Positions 1 to 7,984 of a DNA stretch of 64,000 nt are shown here, in pieces. Positions within the stretch are counted from its first letter, which is position 1. Every line of letters begins with the position of its first letter. This stretch comes from a virus: IMG/VR virus record IMGVR_UViG_3300028374_000796; one strand, written 5' to 3'. Below the pieces are notes generated by a model. That model searched no databases. It was not told the origin of the DNA and saw nothing but the letters and a program-made list of their open reading frames with translations. The position numbers and the translations under genes were made by a program.

Positions 1-50
1 CAATCCAAAGTATTCCCTACCATTAAAATGGGATAAGTGGTAAGCTCTTT

Positions 51-96
51 TTGACAAGTTAATAGGATGTTTAAACCTGTGACAAAAAGTCGCAGG
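51..96 (+). promoter_or_regulatory. CRISPR array 1 leader (TTGACA plus palindrome abutting the first repeat)
   Basis: TTGACA at 51-56; CCTGTGAC-AAAAA-GTCGCAGG at 76-96; near-identical copy at 3165-3210. No clear -10 hexamer at 17-bp spacing. Confidence 0.7.
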
Positions 97-430
97 GTTT
101 CCTCCCCGCAGGGGAGGATGTTTCCAATGTCGGGTGTGAGAATTATAAAAGCGTCTTGTTTCCTCCCCGCAGGGGAGGATGTTTCCCTCCCACATACGTC
201 GTGATTGGCGCCGCTATTGTTTCCTCCCCGCAGGGGAGGATGTTTCCTTCAACGCCAGGATATCTGGACATAATTCTATGTTTCCTCCCCGCAGGGGAGG
301 ATGTTTCCTTCTTTGCCATCTTTGTCTTCCTTCCAGATCTGTTTCCTCCCCGCAGGGGAGGATGTTTCTTAAGAGTAATTCCAGCGCTGATAATGATCCC
401 CGTTTCCTCCCCGCAGGGGAGGATGTTTCT
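97..430 (+). CRISPR. Type I-E-like mini-array 1: 6 repeats, 5 spacers
   Basis: Repeat GTTTCCTCCCCGCAGGGGAGGATGTTTC(C/T) at 97,158,219,280,341,402; period 61; 32-nt unique spacers; stem CCTCCCC/GGGGAGG followed by an 8-nt handle. Confidence 0.97.
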
Positions 431-444
431 AAGAGGTAGTAGTA

Positions 445-1932
445 ATGAAGTTGATGTCTCAGGACCAAAAATATTGGGCTAAATATTGTAAAGAGGATGG
501 ATCGTATCATCTAGTACGATATCATCAATTAGATGTTGCAGCCTTTTTCGAGAATCTTCTAGAACAACACCCTAAAACCAAAGAGAAGATCCTAAGACCT
601 TTTCCAAAAAAAGATCGAGAAGAGGCACTTAGGTTTATCATTTTTCAAGCGGCGTTGCATGATCTTGGAAAATTTGGAGCTTTCCAGGGAATGATTCCTG
701 AATTGTGTAAGGAATTTGGCCTTCCTAGTTATGGTCCTGAAAAATACCACCATAGTACCGCAGGTTATATGTACTGGTATGAGAAGTTGGCAGATCAATT
801 TTTTGGTAACAAAAGAGAGCTACAAATATCTGCCCTTTATCTCCAACCCATTTATGCTCATCACGGGTATCCTCCTTTTGCCAGTTGGAAAGACGAAGCC
901 AAAGGAGCCTACACTCACGAATGTTTGGAAGCTTTTAATGATAAAGAAGTAGCTGCTTTTGTGAATGATGTTCATGACCTTTTTGGCAACCCCTCATTTC
1001 CTCTTAAAAATGTAGATATCGACCAAATGTATTATAGTGCCTGGATTCTTGCGGGCGCTATGATCTTTTCGGATTGGATGGGTTCAACCAATAAGTATTT
1101 TGAGTTTGAACAGAAACCAAAATGTCTTAGAGAATACTATAACGATGCTGCACTTCCGCAGGCACGTTTTGCTCTCAAAGACCTTAATTTCTGCCCTCAA
1201 AATATAGAAGTGGGAAGTTCCTTTAAGGATCTGTACCCACAGCATACTGCGAGACCTTCCCAAGAAGTTATCAATACTTTGGAGTTTTCGGGAGGAGGAC
1301 AACTTCTTATTATTGAAGATGCTACAGGTTCGGGAAAAACAGAAGCTGCATTATTAGCTGCCAGAAAAATGATAATGGAAGGTGCTGCCGAAGGTATCTA
1401 TTTTGCGCTCCCTACACAGATAAGCGCCACTGAAATGTTAAAAAGAGTGGGGAAACTTTGTACGCAATTCTTTGGGAAGAATTCCCCAGCCCTTACCTCA
1501 TTCGCTTCAGGTTCCGCTAATATCTGCAATTATTATGACCAATTAAAAAATGGGATCGAAGATGGTGCAATGACGCATGATTGGCTTAATAAGAAATCAG
1601 CACTCCTTTCTCAGATGGGAGCGGGTACGGTTGATCAAGCTCTAATGTCCGTCCTCACTAAAAATCATTCGGCCCTTCGCCTTTATGGAATGAGCCGTAA
1701 TGTGATCATAATTGACGAGGTTCATGCTTACCAGACTTACCAAATGGTTCTAGTAAAGAGATTACTTGAGTATTGTTCAAAAATGGACATTCCTGTTATT
1801 CTGCTGTCTGCCACTTTACCTCAAAATACCCGAGAAGAATTGGTCCATGCGTATGGAAATAAAAATATCAAAGTAGATAAAAAGGCTGGATATCCCTTGA
1901 TTACTTATTTGGACACTACAAAAGGAAAATAA
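445..1932 (+). CDS. cas3: Cas3 N-terminal part: HD nuclease plus first RecA-like helicase domain
   Basis: YHQLDVAA, LHDLGK, HHSTAG, AHHG, SDW (HD domain); TGSGKTEAAL (Walker A), FALPT, GTVDQAL, IIIDEVHAY, LSATLP; directly follows the array. Confidence 0.93.
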   Translation: MKLMSQDQKYWAKYCKEDGSYHLVRYHQLDVAAFFENLLEQHPKTKEKILRPFPKKDREEALRFIIFQAALHDLGKFGAFQGMIPELCKEFGLPSYGPEKYHHSTAGYMYWYEKLADQFFGNKRELQISALYLQPIYAHHGYPPFASWKDEAKGAYTHECLEAFNDKEVAAFVNDVHDLFGNPSFPLKNVDIDQMYYSAWILAGAMIFSDWMGSTNKYFEFEQKPKCLREYYNDAALPQARFALKDLNFCPQNIEVGSSFKDLYPQHTARPSQEVINTLEFSGGGQLLIIEDATGSGKTEAALLAARKMIMEGAAEGIYFALPTQISATEMLKRVGKLCTQFFGKNSPALTSFASGSANICNYYDQLKNGIEDGAMTHDWLNKKSALLSQMGAGTVDQALMSVLTKNHSALRLYGMSRNVIIIDEVHAYQTYQMVLVKRLLEYCSKMDIPVILLSATLPQNTREELVHAYGNKNIKVDKKAGYPLITYLDTTKGK

Positions 1933-1933
1933 G

Positions 1934-3139
1934 ATGTTGTTGAGAGAAATAAAAGTGAATACCAAGCAAGAGCGGACCTATCAGATTACCACTATTCACG
2001 AGGAATCTGAGGTCTATGATATCGCCTGTGATAGAATTCAGAGGGGGGAGTGCGGCGTAGTCTTTGTGAACACCGTAAAAAGGTGCCTCGAAGTATATGA
2101 GACGCTTAAAAAAAGGTTGGGGAAAAAGAATGTACATTTAGCTCATTCCCGTTTTACAGTTCTCGATAGAAATAGGATAGAAAAAAACGCGCTTTTTTTA
2201 TTTGGAAAAAATAGCACCAATAAGGAAAGAGCAGGTCAGATTATGATATGTACCCAGGTATTTCAGGAATCTATCAATTTAGATTTTGATTTCGGAATAC
2301 TTGATCTGGCTTATATTGACAGTCTTTTCCAACGAATGGGTCGAGTCTGGAGATATAAAAGAAACGGACGAGGAGAGGTAGATGACCTCTTGAAAATAGA
2401 TACTAGAGGAGCAAAGATACCGATCTATGTTTTTGGGCCGGTCCCCGTAAAAGACCCTGGGGATAATTGGTATAGCTCTGTAATGGGAACAGCCAAATTC
2501 ATTTATCCTGACACACAAAAAACTTGGGATACTATGAATGTATTGAAAAGACAAACAGACTGGAAATTTCCACAAGATGCCCGTGAGCTATTAGAATCGG
2601 TTTTTAGAGATCATAAAATCAGTTGGAAATCACTGGAAGAATCTGATATAAAAATGCTTGGAGCAAAATTAGCGGACAGAGGAATTGCGAAACGAAATGC
2701 CTTAACTTTCGATACCACCTATAGGTCCTCCGGTACTCTATGGGATACCGATGAAACCGCAGTCACTAGGCTTGGATATCCTACAACTACTATCAGGTTA
2801 GCCCTCTTTGAGAATAACGAAATTGTCTCTTTTGAAAATCGAGCGAAACCCCCAGAATTTAATGAGATCAGTTACTCTCTTAGAGATGCTTGTGGAGAGT
2901 TTTTATTATCCAGTGCTATTGAAAAAACTTTCCAAAATGCTATCGAAAATAAAAAATGTAATTTCGTTAGAGATTTTAACTGGTTGACTTATTTAATTCT
3001 CAAGGAGATAAGAACGGGTATTTGGCAAGGATATACAAAAAATCAAGTTAAGGATTCCAATTATACTAGATTTTACTATACGAGAGAGTATGGACTCTTA
3101 AAAGAAAAGACTGTAAATGATCTTAACCTTGACCTGTAG
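1934..3139 (+). CDS. cas3: Cas3 C-terminal part: second RecA-like domain and C-terminal domain
   Basis: VFVNTVKRC, HSRF, TQVFQESINLDFD, DSLFQRMGRVWR (helicase motifs IV-VI); starts 1 nt after the stop of the N-terminal part. Confidence 0.9.
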   Translation: MLLREIKVNTKQERTYQITTIHEESEVYDIACDRIQRGECGVVFVNTVKRCLEVYETLKKRLGKKNVHLAHSRFTVLDRNRIEKNALFLFGKNSTNKERAGQIMICTQVFQESINLDFDFGILDLAYIDSLFQRMGRVWRYKRNGRGEVDDLLKIDTRGAKIPIYVFGPVPVKDPGDNWYSSVMGTAKFIYPDTQKTWDTMNVLKRQTDWKFPQDARELLESVFRDHKISWKSLEESDIKMLGAKLADRGIAKRNALTFDTTYRSSGTLWDTDETAVTRLGYPTTTIRLALFENNEIVSFENRAKPPEFNEISYSLRDACGEFLLSSAIEKTFQNAIENKKCNFVRDFNWLTYLILKEIRTGIWQGYTKNQVKDSNYTRFYYTREYGLLKEKTVNDLNLDL

Positions 3140-3164
3140 ATAACTTTCTAGTATAGTAATTTTC

Positions 3165-3210
3165 TTGACAAGTTAATAGTATGTATAAACCTGTGACTTT
3201 TTGTCACAGG
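3165..3210 (+). promoter_or_regulatory. CRISPR array 2 leader (copy of leader 1)
   Basis: TTGACAAGTTAATAGTATGTATAAACCTGTGAC-TTTTT-GTCACAGG; perfect 8-bp inverted repeat touching the first repeat. Confidence 0.7.
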
Positions 3211-3483
3211 GTTTCCTCCCTACCCGGGAGGATGATTCTTAAAATGATTCCTGCCATAAATTCCGGTATATGTTTCCTCCCTACCCGGGAGGATGATTCC
3301 GGACTGGAACCCGGCGTATAGGAATATAGAGCGTTTCCTCCCTACCCGGGAGGATGATTCCAATTCAGCAAATGTCGGTGATTGTAGGGCAGAGTTTCCT
3401 CCCTACCCGGGAGGATGATTCCGAGAAGAGCAGGAGGCAAGATGGACCTGCTTCGTTTCCTCCCTACCCGGGAGGATGATTCC
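3211..3483 (+). CRISPR. Type I-E-like mini-array 2: 5 repeats, 4 spacers
   Basis: Repeat GTTTCCTCCCTACCCGGGAGGATGATTC(C/T) at 3211,3272,3333,3394,3455; period 61; 32-nt spacers. Confidence 0.97.
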
Positions 3484-3496
3484 AAGGAGATATATA

Positions 3497-4150
3497 ATGA
3501 CTAAAACCGCTTTATTAGTAATCGACATGCAGAACGACTTTATGCCTGGGGGAAGTTTGGAAGTTCCTGGGGGTCTCGAAATTGTACCCAATATCAACAG
3601 GCTTATGGCCAGTGATAATTTTGATCTGGTAGTGGCCACAAAAGACTGGCATCCCCAGAATCATGGGTCTTTCGCGTCTAATCATGAAGGATCTGAAATC
3701 GGAGAGGTTGGTAAACTCGAGGGTTTAGACCAAATCATGTGGCCTGACCATTGCGTACAGGATACCGAAGGCTCTGAGTTCGTAGAAAGTCTGGAAACGG
3801 ATCGTATCGATCATATCATCTATAAAGGAACGGATCCCAAAGTAGATTCCTATTCTGGATTTTATGACAATTCTCGCCGCAATAGCACAGGACTTACGGA
3901 TCTTCTACAAGAGAACAACATAGGAACCGTCTGTCTAGTAGGGGTCGCCACAGAGTATTGTGTGAAATTTACAGCTTTGGATGCAGTTAAAGACGGATTT
4001 GAAACCTATCTCGTGGAAGACTGCGTAGAGGGGGTTGCTCAAACCAAAGCAAGTGATGAAGAATTAGGAGATGTTTTTAAGGCTCTCATAGAGATGAAAG
4101 AGAAGGGCGTTATTATCACCTGGTCCGATGCGGTTCTATACGAATCTTAA
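3497..4150 (+). CDS. pncA: Nicotinamidase/pyrazinamidase
   Basis: IDMQNDF, KDWHP, WPDHCVQ, YKG, YSGF, GVATEYCV; RBS AAGGAGA before ATG 3497 (the track start at 3476 lies inside a repeat). Confidence 0.93.
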   Translation: MTKTALLVIDMQNDFMPGGSLEVPGGLEIVPNINRLMASDNFDLVVATKDWHPQNHGSFASNHEGSEIGEVGKLEGLDQIMWPDHCVQDTEGSEFVESLETDRIDHIIYKGTDPKVDSYSGFYDNSRRNSTGLTDLLQENNIGTVCLVGVATEYCVKFTALDAVKDGFETYLVEDCVEGVAQTKASDEELGDVFKALIEMKEKGVIITWSDAVLYES

Positions 4151-4717
4151 CTAGTTCCCTCCCCAGAATACCGTCTCTCCTTGCACTACTAGTCTTCTCT
4201 TCATATTGGAACTTTGCCATATCCGTTTTGCCATAGGACTTGTGATACCCCCTTGTGAACAATTTTCAGGGATTAATACGGCTTTCTTAGGGGCTATTGC
4301 GCGGGCTGCTCGGACATAAAGTTCGGATCCGATTCCCATATTTTGAAGATTTAGGAAGACTAATACACCCTTCATTTGATAATAGTTGAGATCAAAGCCT
4401 AACCGCTCTTCCATAATTCTTAAATCTTCTTGGCATTCGTCACTCAGTTTGCTTCGGTCCCGTCCTCGTACTGCCTCGAATTCTGCCACCTGACCGTGAT
4501 CAAACTCAAGATCTTTGATGGAAAACTCGTAATAGGGATCAAACGGACGGGCTTCACTGTAATTGGCCCGAAGGATATCAAAACCCTCTTCCTTCATAAA
4601 AGCCTTTATAAGTAAAGTGTCTCCCCCTCTAAAATCTTTTTCATAATAAACGTATTTCGAGAGATTTTGAGTCGCTAGAACCCTTCGTACGATCGAGGTT
4701 ATCATTTTTTTGTGCAT
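4151..4717 (-). CDS. Putative GNAT-fold acetyltransferase with a basic N-terminal tag
   Basis: LQNMGIGSELY resembles GNAT motif A; N-terminus ITSIVRRVLA. Confidence 0.5.
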   Translation of the reverse strand: MHKKMITSIVRRVLATQNLSKYVYYEKDFRGGDTLLIKAFMKEEGFDILRANYSEARPFDPYYEFSIKDLEFDHGQVAEFEAVRGRDRSKLSDECQEDLRIMEERLGFDLNYYQMKGVLVFLNLQNMGIGSELYVRAARAIAPKKAVLIPENCSQGGITSPMAKRIWQSSNMKRRLVVQGETVFWGGN

Positions 4718-4804
4718 TAGGTTGCCTGTTAAATCTGGAATTGATATGGTAGACTATTAAGGAAAACTATAATAGAAATACCAACCTAGGCTAGGTACCT
4801 AAAA

Positions 4805-5425
4805 ATGAAGGAAGACACTCAGAACATAATCGAATCGCTATTACCAGAGGTAAAGGAACATAGGAAAATTGGAATCTTTGGCGGGTCTTTTAATCCCCCT
4901 CATCTGGGACACGCCATGATGGTGTTGACGGTCCTTATGACACAAGACATTGATGAGGTCTGGATTCTTCCGACGGCCAGTCATGCAGAGAAAGAAGGGT
5001 TAATGCCTTTTGGGGACAGGATGGAAATGTGTAAGCATACCTTTGGACATATCCAGGGAGTGAAAGTTATTCCTATGGAATCTTTTATGCCATCTCCTAA
5101 TTACACACTGAACACTGTTAAAACTCTCAAAACTCTGAGGCCGGAAATCGATCTTTATTTTATGATTGGGAGTGACTTAGTAGAGGAAGTTCCACACTGG
5201 ACTCGCTCAGAAGGACTCACAGACTTTTGTACCTTCCTTATAGTACCAAGGCAAGGCCATCCTCTGGTAGAGCTACCTGAGGAACTGGGGACTCCCGTGG
5301 AAGTAGATCTCAGTATATCCTTACCCGAGGTATCTTCTACCCTTATTGGAAAACTGAAAAAGAGGGGTGCCTCAGTAAAAGGGTTTTTAGAGAAAAGAGT
5401 TAATGATCTCTTAGAGCAACTTTAA
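4805..5425 (+). CDS. nadD: Nicotinate-nucleotide adenylyltransferase
   Basis: IGIFGGSFNPPHLGH (HxGH), YTLNT, FMIGSD, VSST. Confidence 0.9.
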   Translation: MKEDTQNIIESLLPEVKEHRKIGIFGGSFNPPHLGHAMMVLTVLMTQDIDEVWILPTASHAEKEGLMPFGDRMEMCKHTFGHIQGVKVIPMESFMPSPNYTLNTVKTLKTLRPEIDLYFMIGSDLVEEVPHWTRSEGLTDFCTFLIVPRQGHPLVELPEELGTPVEVDLSISLPEVSSTLIGKLKKRGASVKGFLEKRVNDLLEQL

Positions 5426-5785
5426 TTGAGCTTCCAGAACTTTCTTAATGAGATCTTCTTCTAACTTATCCAGAAGATTTTCTTTTATACTAGGGATACG
5501 AATAAATTCCCCCTCAGTATATTCCCCGGAAACTTCATAAGTTTCATTGGTTATCCCACATTCAAAACTTTTAGTAAACTGGTAAAATTTACCATGTCTT
5601 GAGTTCGTCGTTTGGATCTTGGGAATTATCATTTCTTTGGGCATAGGAAGGAGTACAGACCCGTCAAAATATTCGAGGTCTACTTCGTCTTCAACTATTT
5701 TAATGTGTGGGTCAGGGCGTGGCATAAAAACATCTTCCCTAACCTCGAAAGTTCCCTCTAATGTCCATTTCGTTAGCATATTCAT
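5411..5785 (-). CDS. Hypothetical protein
   Basis: 124-aa ORF, no recognised motif. Confidence 0.55.
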   Translation of the reverse strand: MNMLTKWTLEGTFEVREDVFMPRPDPHIKIVEDEVDLEYFDGSVLLPMPKEMIIPKIQTTNSRHGKFYQFTKSFECGITNETYEVSGEYTEGEFIRIPSIKENLLDKLEEDLIKKVLEAQLKLL

Positions 5786-5908
5786 AGGGGTAATTGCTCT
5801 CTCTAATAGTTTGTAATAATTTTACTTCTAATTCTCTCTCAACTAGATTTGTATCCCGATTTCGGAAGTGATGGCCACCGTAATCTCAGTTCCTTTCGTT
5901 TAGTTTAG

Positions 5909-6535
5909 TTATTGTCCGGTACTGCCGAACCCGCCTCTATTTTCGATACCAAATTCTTCCAACTTGGCTTCCAATAAAGATGGTTTATAATATGGGAGAA
6001 ATAAGATCTGACAAAACCTCTCTCCTTTTCCATAGACTACTAGGTCGTCTTCACCCTCTTCATAAATATGGTACTCTCTCTTGTCAGGGTCATAATAAGA
6101 CTGTAGGAACATTCGGTTTTTGAGATGGGGCTCAAAATCATGCAGGGTACAATAGGCTTGGCAGGCATCTCTATTATTGGGTACATCCTCTTTGGAGACT
6201 TTACCTACAAAGGTACTTTTCTTAGGTTCCCTTGTCAGATCTACAATGAGATTGTCATCTTGTCCGCAATAGGAAGGGTCAACTACTCCTATCGTATTTG
6301 AGATCCTGATACCTTTCTTTCGAGACGAGGACCGGGGAACAATAAGGACAAGACACTTCATAGGAGGCTTGATGACGATACCCGTATCTATGGTTCTTCT
6401 GGAGTTATAGGGCATAACCAAGTTGCCGAAATCAGGAGGCAATGCAATATCATAACCTACGCTTCCCTCTTCCATGCAGACTGGGAGGACTCCGAACTTA
6501 CCGTGGACTTGTACTTCAAAGGATTCTGGTTTCAT
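5909..6535 (-). CDS. dut: Trimeric dUTPase with an internal insertion
   Basis: GSVGYDI, DTGI, PRSS, GVVDPSYCG, GERFCQ, RGGFGSTG. Confidence 0.9.
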   Translation of the reverse strand: MKPESFEVQVHGKFGVLPVCMEEGSVGYDIALPPDFGNLVMPYNSRRTIDTGIVIKPPMKCLVLIVPRSSSRKKGIRISNTIGVVDPSYCGQDDNLIVDLTREPKKSTFVGKVSKEDVPNNRDACQAYCTLHDFEPHLKNRMFLQSYYDPDKREYHIYEEGEDDLVVYGKGERFCQILFLPYYKPSLLEAKLEEFGIENRGGFGSTGQ

Positions 6536-6623
6536 TTTTTATCTAGTGTTGGAAGGTTTTTAGTTAAACATTAGTTTAGTAGGGGAACTGATCAACATCA
6601 GCCCTTTATACGGAAATAACGAC

Positions 6624-6878
6624 ATGGCCATACAAACAATTCCCCCTTTTCCTTTTGAAATAGGAGAAACCTACAAAACAAAAACATCCTCCAAGGGTAA
6701 AGTGGAGGATGTTGAAATTTTAGGATTTGAAGCTTTCCCTGACCAATATCAAATGAAAGTTCTTTTGACTACAATGAGATCCGAGTCCAGAAGAGATAAA
6801 AGGATCATAGCGACCTTTTATCTCACCGAATGGGGAGAATGGAAATCAGATCTATATGCAGAAGATGAAGAGGAATAG
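6624..6878 (+). CDS. Hypothetical protein
   Basis: 84-aa ORF with upstream GGAAAT. Confidence 0.55.
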   Translation: MAIQTIPPFPFEIGETYKTKTSSKGKVEDVEILGFEAFPDQYQMKVLLTTMRSESRRDKRIIATFYLTEWGEWKSDLYAEDEEE

Positions 6879-6881
6879 ACT

Positions 6882-7226
6882 TCAGAGCTTGTCAGAGAGC
6901 TTCTGTGCTATTTCTTTAGCCTGGCTGTCTGCATACCTTCTCTTAGACATCTGAGACTTGTAGCAGCTATTACCTGCTTTATGATAGGGTGTTGTGGAAA
7001 CAGGTATAACATTACTTTTGCCCCATAGAGGGATCTCTATATTTTCGCCAGCATTATTAAGAGTAAGGACATTCAAATAGAGATCTGGATTGCATCCCCA
7101 CCTTTCATTCCTTCTCGAAACTACATATCCCTGTAACTTCCCACTTAAATAGGAAACCAAAGATTTTGCCAGATACTCATCTACTCCAGTATGGAGAACT
7201 AATATCTCTCTAGGTTCATCTTTCAT
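6882..7226 (-). CDS. Hypothetical protein
   Basis: 114-aa ORF with RBS GGAG. Confidence 0.55.
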   Translation of the reverse strand: MKDEPREILVLHTGVDEYLAKSLVSYLSGKLQGYVVSRRNERWGCNPDLYLNVLTLNNAGENIEIPLWGKSNVIPVSTTPYHKAGNSCYKSQMSKRRYADSQAKEIAQKLSDKL

Positions 7227-7273
7227 TTATCACTCCATTAATATACTACATTCAGTAAAAAGAGTACCAACAG

Positions 7274-7298
7274 AAAAGCCCTTTTGCAAGGGCTTTTT
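7274..7298. terminator. Intrinsic terminator
   Basis: AAAAGCCCTT-TTGC-AAGGGCTTTTT. Confidence 0.75.
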
Positions 7299-7299
7299 C

Positions 7300-7563
7300 T
7301 CATTCTCCAAATTCTCTTTTTAAATCCGCAGGTCCTAGAATTGATAGTTTCCTCAGGACTTTCTCAGAGTCTTTGTATCCCCTTAGTAATCTAACTCGGG
7401 GGTCCTTACTAGCGTCCATTTCCGAAGTTAGGTCTAAAGCCCTATCATGTAGGGATTTCCAATTAGTGCCTGCTTTTACCTGTTTCTTAGGCTTTCTAAG
7501 GTAACGGCGCATCGTCTTCTTAGCCATTTTTATCCTCAGTTTTGGTTTTGACCAATTTTCCAT
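7300..7563 (-). CDS. Hypothetical basic protein
   Basis: 87-aa K/R-rich ORF in a gene run. Confidence 0.5.
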   Translation of the reverse strand: MENWSKPKLRIKMAKKTMRRYLRKPKKQVKAGTNWKSLHDRALDLTSEMDASKDPRVRLLRGYKDSEKVLRKLSILGPADLKREFGE

Positions 7564-7978
7564 TCTTAATGGTTGAAATTCTCTTTCCTTTAATTTTGGG
7601 TAGGATCATATCTTGCACATCTTCACTAATCGAATCCAGTGCTAAATCCCATACCAGATCAATTCGCATTCCTGCGGTGATATAAAGAGGCTGATTATTG
7701 TACACCGTAGACTCAATAGTCTCTGCTACTGTTCTACCATTCCTCATCTTCAAACGAAGTCGAAAATGACGGACAGGGATCTCCAGACCTACAGGGCGAT
7801 TGAATTCCATAGGAAATCTAATCTGTACCCTTTTATCTCCCGCAGTAATTGTGGGAGCAGGATGGTACCCCCAATCAACTATCTGGACGTATAGGTCTTC
7901 GTTTTCTAACATTCTCTGAACAACGTCCTGCTCTTTCTCAGAAAGAGGGACATAATGACCATGTTTATGTTTTGCCAT
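7520..7978 (-). CDS. Hypothetical protein
   Basis: 152-aa ORF with RBS GGAG. Confidence 0.6.
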   Translation of the reverse strand: MAKHKHGHYVPLSEKEQDVVQRMLENEDLYVQIVDWGYHPAPTITAGDKRVQIRFPMEFNRPVGLEIPVRHFRLRLKMRNGRTVAETIESTVYNNQPLYITAGMRIDLVWDLALDSISEDVQDMILPKIKGKRISTIKNGKLVKTKTEDKNG

Positions 7979-7984
7979 AACTTT

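Noticed and set aside
76-96. CRP or Rex binding site in the CRISPR leaders
   Set aside because: The spacing TGTGA-N7-TCACA matches neither CRP (N6) nor the Rex consensus; kept only as an unassigned palindrome.
156-510. ORFs of 86-108 aa across array 1, and the ORF at 3403-3639
   Set aside because: These are translations of CRISPR repeats (periodic FPPRRGG or SSPQGR), not genes.
3423-3454. Partial self-complementarity in the last spacer of array 2 (GCAGG/CCTGC)
   Set aside because: A short, bulged stem in one spacer is compatible with chance.
97-3483. Self-targeting of spacers within the window
   Set aside because: I saw no match by eye, but could not run an exhaustive search, so no claim is made either way.
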